Assembly: GCA_040880725.1 (NCBI GenBank)
Contig: JBBDHV010000005.1
Coordinates: 56,340-120,339, forward strand
DNA length: 64,000 nucleotides
Origin: Acidimicrobiia bacterium
Lineage (GTDB): Bacteria > Actinomycetota > Acidimicrobiia > Spongiisociales > ZC4RG35
Direction: 5' to 3'
Shown here: positions 46,427-54,822 of the stretch, piece by piece
How positions within the stretch are numbered: position 1 is the stretch's first letter
How the letters are laid out: the number at the start of each line of letters is the position of its first letter
Translations under genes and position numbers: made by a program
The notes under the pieces: model-generated
The model's database searches: none
Told to the model about the DNA's origin: nothing
The model's input: only the letters and a program-made list of their open reading frames with translations

Positions 46427-47913
46427 GCGCGGTGGGTCTGGCGAACGAGTTCGGCTACTCGGGCGACGAGATCGTCGCTCAGCATCTCCCAGGCGAATCG
46501 CCAGCGCCAGTTCCCGGCCTCGGAGCCGGGAGTGTTCATGCGTGACTCGCTGCCGAGTGAGAGGACGTCCTGGAGAGGCACGATCGCCACGGAGGCGACG
46601 GAACCGAACAGGGCGGCGATGAGATCCCACGCGAAGTCGGAACCGTCGGTGTCGAGCACGGTCATCGCGGTGTGTCGTTCGGGCTCACGATCGGGATCGT
46701 CGCTCTCGAACCAACCGCGGCTGGTGTCGTTGTCATGTGTTCCGGTGTATGCGACGACACGTTCGGTGAACGCGTCGAGCGAGTGGGCGCTCTCCGTTCC
46801 GAAGCCGAACTGGAGGACCTTCATTCCCGGGAGGTCGAACGTGTCGCGGAGGTTCTCGACGTCCGGCGTGATGACGCCGAGGTCCTCTGCGATCACGGGG
46901 AGATCCTCGAACTCCGACCGGAGACGCGTGAACAGCTCCTCGCCCGGGGCCGGGACCCATTTCCCCCGCACAGCGGTGGGTTCGAAGGCAGGGATGTGCC
47001 ACGAGGCGACGAAACCGCGGAAGTGGTCGATCCTCACCTGGTCGAAGAGTCCGATGCTTCGGCGCAGCCGTTCGGTCCACCAGGTGAAGTCGGTGATCTC
47101 GTGCCGGCTCCAGTCGTAGAGCGGATTGCCCCAGCGTTGGCCAGTGGGCGAGAAGTAGTCCGGCGGCACACCTGCCACGACGGTCGGCCGTTGTTCGGCG
47201 TCGAGGAGGTACAGCTCCGGGTGTGCCCACACGTCGACCGAATCGTGAGCCACGAAGATGGGGATGTCACCGATGAGGCGGATGCCGTTGGCCTGGCAGT
47301 GGCCGCGCAGTCTTCGGAATTGTCGGTCGAACAGGTATTGCTCGATACGAACAGCCTCGATCGCGTCGGCCAGCCGATCCCGGGCGTGACGAAGGGCGTC
47401 AGGTTGGCGCTGGCGGAGGGAGCGGTACCACTCCCACCACGGCTGCATGCCGTGGGCGCGCTTGAGGGCCATGAATACCGAGAATTCGTCCAGCCATGTG
47501 GCGAGGTTCGTGTCGAGGAAAGCCTCGTAGCTCTCGGTCGGTGGACGGGATGCGAATCGTGCGGTGGCCCGACCGAGCAGGTCGTGCTTCCACGGAATCA
47601 CCGTTTCGAAGTCGACGGACGCGTCATCGAAGTCTGCGGCGATGTCAGCGGGGGAGAGAAGATCGTCCTCGACCAGATCCTCGAGCGAGATCAGCAGCGG
47701 ATTGCCGGCGAAAGTCGAGGGCGACTGGTACGGCGAGTCGCCGTAACCGGTGGGGTTGACGGGGAGCATCTGCCACCACTGCAGTTCCATCTCTCCCAAC
47801 AGGTCGGCAAAACGGCGCGCGGACGGTCCGACATCGCCGATTCCGCCTCCGGGGAGGCTCGTCGGATGGAGGAGGATGCCCGCCGAGCGGGCGAGCGAGG
47901 AGGGTCCTGACAC
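46423..47913 (-). CDS. malQ: 4-alpha-glucanotransferase (amylomaltase, GH77)
   Basis: Has 'SAGILLHPTSLPG', 'GDSPYQSPS', 'LIGDIPIFV', 'GVPPDYFS..GQRWGNP', 'VRIDHFRGF' and 'IAEDLG'. GTG 47913 is preferred over TTG 47925. Confidence 0.9.
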   Translation of the reverse strand: MSGPSSLARSAGILLHPTSLPGGGIGDVGPSARRFADLLGEMELQWWQMLPVNPTGYGDSPYQSPSTFAGNPLLISLEDLVEDDLLSPADIAADFDDASVDFETVIPWKHDLLGRATARFASRPPTESYEAFLDTNLATWLDEFSVFMALKRAHGMQPWWEWYRSLRQRQPDALRHARDRLADAIEAVRIEQYLFDRQFRRLRGHCQANGIRLIGDIPIFVAHDSVDVWAHPELYLLDAEQRPTVVAGVPPDYFSPTGQRWGNPLYDWSRHEITDFTWWTERLRRSIGLFDQVRIDHFRGFVASWHIPAFEPTAVRGKWVPAPGEELFTRLRSEFEDLPVIAEDLGVITPDVENLRDTFDLPGMKVLQFGFGTESAHSLDAFTERVVAYTGTHDNDTSRGWFESDDPDREPERHTAMTVLDTDGSDFAWDLIAALFGSVASVAIVPLQDVLSLGSESRMNTPGSEAGNWRWRFAWEMLSDDLVARVAELVRQTHRA

Positions 47914-47996
47914 GAGACCTGGCAATCTGGAAGGCGAACGCGAAGTATATGAAGCCGCCGCTGGCCGAATGGCGGACGAACGGCCTACCCCTTGGC

Positions 47997-48323
47997 TCAG
48001 TGGCGCAGTCGCGCGCGTTGCCGTGATGCTCCTCGAATCGGGAGTGCGCCGCGCAGGGTGTCCAGTGTGTCGTCCGCGGCCCGCCTCGACACAGTGAGCC
48101 GCCCGAACACCGATTGTCCTTCGTCACGGGCCGTGCGGATGACGTCGACGGGGACCTCCCAGGGCGCCGGGGCATCGGCAAGGGTGGTGACGATGCGAGC
48201 GTTCAGCGCCCCGACCTCGGAGTATTCCTCCATTCTGCGGATCGTAGGTAGCGTGGCCTCGCGCGCGAAGTACTGAAGGTTTCGGGTCTTTCGGCCGACA
48301 GGGAAACGGTGTTCAACAGTCAT
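47997..48323 (-). pseudogene. possible N-terminal relic of an alpha/beta-hydrolase (esterase) gene
   Basis: 108 codons from ATG 48323. '..MEEYSEVGALNARIVTTLADAPAPWEVPVDVIRTARDEGQSVFG..' resembles the cap/N-terminus of fold-3 esterases. No nucleophile elbow follows. Weak call. Confidence 0.3.
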
Positions 48324-48350
48324 GGGGGAGCTTTGAGTTTCAGGAACCGT

Positions 48351-50033
48351 GTGGGTCTCGTCGCAGTCGTGGTGGTGCTCACGATTCCATCCGTCGCCGC
48401 AGCAGCGGTCGACCCGTACGGAGCCGACGATCTCGATCTCGTTTCGTACGCCGAGCAGGTGCGCGCGTATACGTGGGGTCTCGACACCTGGCAGGTCTGG
48501 GTATGCGACACCTCCAACGGTGGACTCGCCCTCGATCCTGTGAACGTGTCCAATCTGCTCAACAACGAGTTGGATCCGTACTTCATCTGGCTCTCGGACT
48601 CGAAGTACCGCCCCGTGTTCGAAGTCGGGGGAACGGTGTCGGCAGGCGAGACCACCTGGCCCGATGACCCCTTCGACATGCAGGCCGAGTGTCGGTCTGC
48701 GGTCTCCGCGGCCGCCAGCGGCACGTCGCGCGGAGCGTTGATCGTGGTCGACGCGGCATACGCCGGAGGCTTTGCCACTGCAGGTGTCTGGTGCGAGGTG
48801 GTCGCCGACTGCCCGACCACGTATCCGCAGAATGGTCGGTTCGCGGTGGTAGGCGGAGCAGCAGTGACGTCGGTGGGCGGCAATCCACCGGCACTCAGGA
48901 CGGTTGCCCACGAGATCGGACATGCAATCTCCTTGCCGCACTCGTTCGGCGGCGAAGTCACGTTTCTCGGCGGTCTCGTCTACGAGTACGACAACGCCAT
49001 GGATTTGATGAGCGGCGGTGACCGCAACAGCCTCGACATCGGCACGATCGGTCTCAACCGCTACGCCGCGGGGTGGATGGAGGAGGCACAGGTCCGCTTC
49101 CACCGGGGTGGGACGCTCACCTATCGGATCTCTCCGCAGGCACTCGCCGGCGACACGGAACTCCTGGTGCTTCCGACCGACGGTCCGGTTGGCGTCTACG
49201 ACGTACTCGGCGCTCGCGTGCGGTCGTCGTTCGACGGTGGCGTTCCCCATGAGGGCATCGAGGTCTACCGCATCGACCAGACCGGCCAAGCCTGCGGGCA
49301 GCCGACTGCCGGGACGTGCTGGGGGGTGGAACGGCGCACTTCTCCGGTGCCCGTGCCATCCGAGCCCTGGGTCGATGGCCACGTCTTCGGTGTCGGGGAG
49401 ACCTTTCAGGTTCGCGGTGTGACGGTCGAGGTCGTCGATTTCGACGGGTCCGCCTTCACGGTGTCGGTGTCCGGTGACGCGGTCTCGGAACGGTTCGTCG
49501 ACGACAACGGCAACATCCACGAGGCGGCGATCAAGGCGATCGCCAATGTGGGCGTGACCGCCGGGTGCAACGCCACCCTGGACCGCTACTGCCCGTCCCG
49601 AGGAGTCTCGCGGGCCGAGATGGCTGCGTTCCTCCTCCGAGCCCTCGGAGACTCGACGTCTCCGACTGCCACCGGCACGTTCACAGACGTGCCGGCGGGC
49701 GCCTGGTACACCGCGTCGGTCGAACGACTGGCGGAGCTCGGTATCTCCGTGGGATATGGGGACGGCACCTTCCGACCGACTGCACAGGTCAGCAGGGCCG
49801 AGATGGCGGTGTTTCTCACTCGTGCCTTCGATTCTCTTCCCGAGGCCCAACCCGCCGGTGTCTTCGGTGACGTCCCGAATGACGCCTGGTACGCCTCCGC
49901 AGTGGAGGGAATCCGGACGGCGGGCGTGACCGAGGGCTGTTCCACCGAGCCGCTCAACTACTGCCCCGGTGCTGCAGTTGCCCGAGATGCGATGGCGTCA
50001 TTTCTCGCCAGAACGCTCGGATCGACCGGCTGA
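48351..50033 (+). CDS. secreted zinc metalloprotease-like protein with three C-terminal SLH-type repeats
   Basis: Signal-like 'VGLVAVVVVLTIPSVAAAAV' (GTG 48351; the track start is GTG 48309). 'HEIGHAISLPH' at nt 48909-48941. One classical SLH repeat 'FTDVPAGAWYTASVERLAELGISVGYGDGTFRP..VSRAEMAVFL' and two 'GVT.GC...YCP' variants. Confidence 0.75.
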   Translation: MGLVAVVVVLTIPSVAAAAVDPYGADDLDLVSYAEQVRAYTWGLDTWQVWVCDTSNGGLALDPVNVSNLLNNELDPYFIWLSDSKYRPVFEVGGTVSAGETTWPDDPFDMQAECRSAVSAAASGTSRGALIVVDAAYAGGFATAGVWCEVVADCPTTYPQNGRFAVVGGAAVTSVGGNPPALRTVAHEIGHAISLPHSFGGEVTFLGGLVYEYDNAMDLMSGGDRNSLDIGTIGLNRYAAGWMEEAQVRFHRGGTLTYRISPQALAGDTELLVLPTDGPVGVYDVLGARVRSSFDGGVPHEGIEVYRIDQTGQACGQPTAGTCWGVERRTSPVPVPSEPWVDGHVFGVGETFQVRGVTVEVVDFDGSAFTVSVSGDAVSERFVDDNGNIHEAAIKAIANVGVTAGCNATLDRYCPSRGVSRAEMAAFLLRALGDSTSPTATGTFTDVPAGAWYTASVERLAELGISVGYGDGTFRPTAQVSRAEMAVFLTRAFDSLPEAQPAGVFGDVPNDAWYASAVEGIRTAGVTEGCSTEPLNYCPGAAVARDAMASFLARTLGSTG

Positions 50034-50098
50034 CCCACCCAGTTACGGACCGACCGTTCGGTTTGTCGCCCAGAACCGCTGTCGGTACGGTTCGCGTC

Positions 50099-50704
50099 GT
50101 GACCGTCCCGCTGCGAAGAACCCAGGAATCGCGGTCCATCGAAACTCGCACGCGGGTCCTCGACGCCACCGTCGACTGCCTCGTCGGACTCGGCTACGCA
50201 GGAACGACGACGGCCGCAGTCCAGGCCCGGGCCGGCGTCAGCCGGGGGGCGCTGATGCACCACTTCGGCTCCAAGACCGAGCTCCTGGTCGCGGCGGTTC
50301 GCCACCTCGCGGAACAACGGGGCGCGAATCTCGTCCGCGAGGCCGCCGCCCTCCCCGAAGGCGAGGACCGGACTTCCCAAGCGATCGATCTTCTCTGGGA
50401 GACCTTCACGGGGCCGCTCTTCACTGCCACCCTCGAGCTGTGGGCGGCAGCACGGACCGACGACGAACTCCGGGTCGCGGTGCTCGAGTTCGAACGGCCG
50501 CTGCGTCTGCATCTCAACACGGCGATGAAGACACTCTTCGGCGATATCGTCGCGGCGCGACCGGCTTTCGCCGAGGCGACAGAACTGACATTGCAGTTCA
50601 TGCGGGGCGCAGCCCTCACCGCCATTCTCAGATCCGATGCAACCGGGCAATTGATCGAACGGTGGAAGGCGGTGTTCACCGCACTGATCGAGGAGGTGGT
50701 GTGA
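50099..50704 (+). CDS. TetR-family transcriptional regulator
   Basis: HTH 'TRTRVLDATVDCLVGLGYAGTTTAAVQARAGVSRGALMHHFGSK'. GTG 50099 is preferred over the track's TTG 50063. Confidence 0.85.
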   Translation: MTVPLRRTQESRSIETRTRVLDATVDCLVGLGYAGTTTAAVQARAGVSRGALMHHFGSKTELLVAAVRHLAEQRGANLVREAAALPEGEDRTSQAIDLLWETFTGPLFTATLELWAAARTDDELRVAVLEFERPLRLHLNTAMKTLFGDIVAARPAFAEATELTLQFMRGAALTAILRSDATGQLIERWKAVFTALIEEVV

Positions 50705-50904
50705 TGCGGCGCGATCTGTACGAACCCGAGCATGAGCTCTTTCGCGAGTCGGTCGCAGGGTTCCTCACGACCGAGGTGGTCCCACACCGCGACCGCTGGG
50801 AGGCGGCAGGCAAGGTGGACACGTCGATGTTCCGCAAGGCCGGCCGGCAGGGGAAATCATCGGCAAGGTCCTCGGCCTCTGACCGATCCAGGAGGAACGA
50901 ATGA
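50704..50904 (+). pseudogene. 5' relic of an acyl-CoA dehydrogenase gene (66-codon ORF)
   Basis: 'MRRDLYEPEHELFRESVAGFLTTEVVPHRDRWEAAGKVDTSMFRKAG' is a typical ACAD N-terminus. It then degenerates to 'RQGKSSARSSASDRSRRNE*'. The ATG overlaps the tetR stop (TGATG) and the stop overlaps the SDR ATG (ATGA). Confidence 0.6.
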
Positions 50905-51812
50905 CAGATCCCATCAGTTTCGACGGGCGCACCGCGATCGTGACCGGCGCGGGAGGCGGTCTGGGGCGCTCCTATGCCATCGAACTCGCCAGGCGCGGGG
51001 CGCAGGTGGTCGTCAACGACCTCGGCGGTTCAGTGGACGGCACGGGCGGTGGGACCCGGGCCGCCGACCTGGTGGTGGCCACGATCGTTGCCGCGGGCGG
51101 AGACGCCGTCGCGAACTACGACTCGGTTGCCACACCAGAATCGGGTTCGGCCATCGTCCAGGCTGCACTGGACGCCTACGGATCGATCGACATCGTCGTC
51201 AACAACGCCGGGATTCTGCGCGATCGAAGCTTCGCGAACATGGAGCAATCCGAGATCGATGCGGTGCTCGATGTGCACCTCCGCGGCGCCTTCAATGTGT
51301 CACAGCCCGCCTTCCGGCACATGAAGGACGCCGGTTACGGCAGGTTCGTGTTCGCCGCTTCCAACGCAGGGATCCTCGGCAACTTCGGCCAGGCGAATTA
51401 CGGGGCCGCCAAGATGGGACTCGTCGGACTGTCCAACGTGCTGGCCATCGAAGGGATGAAGTACGGGATCACGTCGAATGTCATCGCGCCGGTGGCGAGG
51501 ACTCGCATGACCGAGGATCTCCTGGGCCCTCTCGCCGATCTCGTCGATCCCGATCAGGTGATGCCCATGGTCGTGTATCTGTGTTCGGAGGCGAACGAGT
51601 TCAGCCACGAGATCTTCTCGGCGGGTGGAGGGAGATACGCCCGCTTCTTCATCGGCGTGAACCGTGGCTGGTTCGCCGGGAAGGCGGCGATTCCCTCGGT
51701 CGAAGAGGTTGCTGATCACATCGATGCCATCCGGGATATCGCCGACTATCAGGTGCTCGGCAGTGCCACGGACGAACTCACCCTCCTCGGCACGATCCTG
51801 GCCGAGACCTGA
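50901..51812 (+). CDS. short-chain dehydrogenase, MFE-2/hydroxysteroid-17-beta-dehydrogenase-4-like (3R-hydroxyacyl-CoA dehydrogenase type)
   Basis: ATG 50901 after AGGAGG. Has 'AIVTGAGGGLGRSYA', 'VVNDLGG', 'VNNAGILRD' and 'YGAAKMGLVGLSN'. Confidence 0.85.
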   Translation: MTDPISFDGRTAIVTGAGGGLGRSYAIELARRGAQVVVNDLGGSVDGTGGGTRAADLVVATIVAAGGDAVANYDSVATPESGSAIVQAALDAYGSIDIVVNNAGILRDRSFANMEQSEIDAVLDVHLRGAFNVSQPAFRHMKDAGYGRFVFAASNAGILGNFGQANYGAAKMGLVGLSNVLAIEGMKYGITSNVIAPVARTRMTEDLLGPLADLVDPDQVMPMVVYLCSEANEFSHEIFSAGGGRYARFFIGVNRGWFAGKAAIPSVEEVADHIDAIRDIADYQVLGSATDELTLLGTILAET

Positions 51813-51832
51813 TGCGCGTCCAGCTTGATTGT

Positions 51833-51863
51833 GCGGGGGGTCGAACCCCCCTGCGCCCCCCGC
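51833..51863 (+). terminator. G/C-run hairpin after the SDR gene
   Basis: TGCGGGGGG-TCGAACCCCCCTGCG-CCCCCCGCA forms a 9-bp stem, or alternatively GGGGGG-TCGAA-CCCCCC. It lies 20 nt after the stop at 51810-51812. Confidence 0.4.
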
Positions 51864-52110
51864 ATGGCGCGGCCGTCGCCGACGAGTTCGTCTCCGGTCT
51901 CACCCGAGGGCCCATGACGGGACTTTGGTCGAGGAGGCTTGGGACGCGGGCGGGGGCCGGGGGTCGAGCCCATGCGCCTTTCGGACGCCCGTGGCGCGAT
52001 TCTCCGCAGGCCTGGGCAGCGACCCACCGCATAGCGACGTGGCCCACCAGGGCCTGGCGGAGATCGAAATGTTGGGGTTGGGATTGAGTTCGTAGGGGAA
52101 GTCGACGAAC

Positions 52111-53193
52111 TCAGGGTCCGGCGCGGACGGGACGTGCCCGCAGGAACGTGCGCCGTTGCGGCGGCGAGGCAGCGTCGATCTGCCTGCCCTGTTGGTGGAT
52201 GACCACATGATGGTGATACCAACAGACCGTGATCAGATTGTTCGGGTCGTGTGTCCCGCCCTCGGAGTAGGGGATGAGATGGTGTGGTTGGAGTCGGGTG
52301 CGGGAGTTGCAGCCGGCGATGACACAGCGGTGTCCGTCCCGTTGCAGCACCCGGTTGCGGATCGCCCCCGGTATCGCCCGTGACGTCGGGCTGGTGCTCA
52401 CCCTGCCGGTGTTGTCGATGAGGTTGATGCGGGTGGTACCCGAACAGAGGATCTCGCCCAGCGTGTTGGGTCCGATACGCGGTCCGGAGACGACACTGGC
52501 TCCCGCCTCCCCGTTGGTGACAGTGGCGAGGTGGGAGTCGATGAAGATCTCCGCCGCCAGGTCATGTCCGCCGATCTCGCCTGACAGCCATTCGGATGCG
52601 ACCGAGACAAGTCCGTCGGCCCGGTCCTGGGAGGTGGTGGTGTCGGGGTTGTCGGGGAGGGTGTCGACCGCGGTCTGGATGGCCTTGTCCACGATCCGTC
52701 CGTCCACACCGGAGAGCTGTCCCCACACTTTCCACGATGACTCGTCCAACGACGGCTGCAGATGCAGGTACCGGTCCGAGAAGCTGTCGGATTCGTCCTG
52801 GCTGCTGATCCGCCGATGTTGGGAGACCATCTGGCGGACCCCTGCGAGGTCTCGTCCCCAACTGTGCGCAATGGTGTTCTCGTCGGCCCCGGCAGTCCGC
52901 AGGCCGGTGACCGCGGCGGCCCGGTCGGTGGTGATCTGTCCGTCTTCGAGGGCGGTTTCCACATCGGGGTCTTCGGCCCGGGCCAAGGCGACCAGCGTCC
53001 TTGCGGTGGAAGTTTCGAGGTCGAAACGGCCTGCCACCCACTCCACCAGGGTGCGGGCCCCGTCCACAGTGGCGGCCTGGGCGACGTCCAACTCCCGCAG
53101 GATCTGCAAGCAGAGGGCATCCAGGCGGGAGCCTGCTGCGATCAACTCGGCGAAGTCCCGTTCCAGGGCATCGATGGTCCTCGTTTCATCCAT
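52111..53193 (-). CDS. HNH endonuclease with N-terminal DUF222 (13E12-repeat-type, multicopy in actinobacteria)
   Basis: 360 aa. Has 'RDGHRCVIAGCNSRTRLQPHHLIPYSEGGTHDPNNLITVCWYHHHVVIH' (HNH) and a DUF222-like helical N-region. Confidence 0.85.
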   Translation of the reverse strand: MDETRTIDALERDFAELIAAGSRLDALCLQILRELDVAQAATVDGARTLVEWVAGRFDLETSTARTLVALARAEDPDVETALEDGQITTDRAAAVTGLRTAGADENTIAHSWGRDLAGVRQMVSQHRRISSQDESDSFSDRYLHLQPSLDESSWKVWGQLSGVDGRIVDKAIQTAVDTLPDNPDTTTSQDRADGLVSVASEWLSGEIGGHDLAAEIFIDSHLATVTNGEAGASVVSGPRIGPNTLGEILCSGTTRINLIDNTGRVSTSPTSRAIPGAIRNRVLQRDGHRCVIAGCNSRTRLQPHHLIPYSEGGTHDPNNLITVCWYHHHVVIHQQGRQIDAASPPQRRTFLRARPVRAGP

Positions 53194-53300
53194 GCGACCA
53201 ACGTACAGAAGGGGTGTGACATTTTCTGAGACGACGTCGGCGGGTGAATCGGCCCCTTGACTGCCGGCGTCTCTCGCCGACAGGAGAGGCGAGAGTCACT

Positions 53301-53978
53301 GTGCCCTACACCCATCACTTTGCCCGCCAACCGATCGTTGACCGTTCCGGGCGCGTCCTCGCGTATGAGGTCCTGTTTCGAGCTGACGGTGGCGCGTCCG
53401 ATGCGGTGTTTCTCGACGGTGTCGCTGCAACCCAGGACGTGCTCACGGCGCTCGACCATCAGGGTCCCGACCTGTTTGGCGGGGTCCCGGCGTTCGTCAA
53501 TCTTCCCCGGTCGCTGATCCTGGGTGGGGCACTCGGCTGGTGTGATCCGAGGCGCGTCGGAGCCGAAGTCCTGGAGGATGTGGTGGCGGACCCCGAGGTC
53601 ATCGATGCGCTCGCCGACCTTCGCCGCCGCGGTTTCACGATCGCACTCGACGACTTCCGTCCGGATCGCGCCCGTATGCCGCTCGTGGAACACGCCGACA
53701 TCGTCAAGATCGATGTGCAGGACCTCGGCTTCGACCTGACCCGACTCGTACGGGAACTCCACCGGTCCGGTGCACTGGTTCTCGCCGAGAAGGTCGAGAC
53801 CGACACGGAGTTGGAGGCATGTCTCGATGCCGGTTTCGACCTGTTCCAGGGCTACGCCGTCGGTGTACCGCATACCGTGGCGGTATCGCCGGATTCGCCC
53901 GCAGTCGTCACCAGGGCCCCGAAGTGGCTGAATACCCGAATCTCCCGCCGTGGAATGGTCGAACCACTCAGGACGTGA
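53301..53978 (+). CDS. stand-alone EAL-domain protein (putative c-di-GMP phosphodiesterase)
   Basis: GTG 53301 lies 11 nt after GGAGAGG. Has 'ARQPIVD', 'YEVLFR' (EVL variant), 'FVNL', 'AEVLED', 'ALDDFR', 'IVKID', 'LAEKVET' and 'FQGY'. All catalytic positions appear present. Confidence 0.8.
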   Translation: MPYTHHFARQPIVDRSGRVLAYEVLFRADGGASDAVFLDGVAATQDVLTALDHQGPDLFGGVPAFVNLPRSLILGGALGWCDPRRVGAEVLEDVVADPEVIDALADLRRRGFTIALDDFRPDRARMPLVEHADIVKIDVQDLGFDLTRLVRELHRSGALVLAEKVETDTELEACLDAGFDLFQGYAVGVPHTVAVSPDSPAVVTRAPKWLNTRISRRGMVEPLRT

Positions 53979-54780
53979 TCGTGACCGGACTGCCGACCGA
54001 GAGCAGTTCGGACAACTCCATCATCACATCGTTCGGGAGTCGGACACAGCCGAGAGACTGGGCTTCGCCGATCGACGTCAGCCGGTTGGTGCCATGGACT
54101 CCGATGATTCCGTCGCCGCCGTTGAACTCGGTCACCGAGTCCGACCGCGCAGACAACCCGAACGCGTAGGGACCCCACGGTCCGGTCGGATTCGTGATTC
54201 GGACGGCGTCGGTCACGAAGAACGCGCCGACCGGGGTGGGCGACGACGGGGACCCGATGCCGACCGATGTCTCGAAGATGACCTCGTCGTTTTCGAGGAC
54301 TTGGAGTGTTCGGGTCGTCAGGTTGACGACGGCCTGGCGCCCCACGGTGTATCGCTCGACATCGATGGCTCGAATCCAGCCGGTCTCACCGTTCGGTCGA
54401 CCGGGCAGAAGGACCTCGAGCCAGGCGTCACTGCCTCCGAGCACCAGGGCAACGGTCTCTGTTCCGAGAATCGTGCGCTCATCGAGCACCCGGAAAGCGG
54501 TCGCGTCTCCCGGCGCTCGGAACACTTCCACCGGACCCTCAGCCTTGGCGGCGGTCCACGTCACGGGCTCGGGTTCAGTGGAGGTCGTCGGTGGAGAGCT
54601 CGGAGGATTCGACGTCGTCGGCGTGGTCTCGAGGGTCGTAGGCGGCGCCGTGGTCATCGAGACGCGTGTGGTGGCAACGGACGCGACCGTTTCTGCGGAT
54701 GCCGAATCGGGGCCCCCGCAGCCAGACACCAGCAGAAGTCCGCATGCGAGCAAGGCGAGCCGAAGGCGTTTCACCTGCAT
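53968..54780 (-). CDS. L,D-transpeptidase (YkuD) lipoprotein
   Basis: ATG 54780 (MQVKRLRLALLACGLLLVSGC, a lipobox). Thr/Pro linker. Catalytic 'IGVHGTN....GEAQSLGCVRL'. Confidence 0.85.
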   Translation of the reverse strand: MQVKRLRLALLACGLLLVSGCGGPDSASAETVASVATTRVSMTTAPPTTLETTPTTSNPPSSPPTTSTEPEPVTWTAAKAEGPVEVFRAPGDATAFRVLDERTILGTETVALVLGGSDAWLEVLLPGRPNGETGWIRAIDVERYTVGRQAVVNLTTRTLQVLENDEVIFETSVGIGSPSSPTPVGAFFVTDAVRITNPTGPWGPYAFGLSARSDSVTEFNGGDGIIGVHGTNRLTSIGEAQSLGCVRLPNDVMMELSELLSVGSPVTITS

Positions 54781-54822
54781 CACCGTACCGTTCGATGCGA
54801 ATTGATCGGATAACCTGCTCAC

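Noticed and set aside
50041-50098. Near-palindromic ACCGACCGTTCGGT upstream of tetR as a TetR operator.
   Set aside because: It is not a true palindrome, because the centre and arms do not pair. There is also no second copy in front of the regulated genes.
51833-51863. tRNA-like T-arm (GGGGG-GTCGAAC-CCCCC followed by TGCGCCC-C), possibly a tRNA gene or tRNA 3' fragment.
   Set aside because: There is no complementary 5' acceptor strand (GGGCGCA), D-arm or anticodon arm upstream. The upstream sequence is the 3' end of the SDR gene. I keep it only as a terminator-type hairpin.
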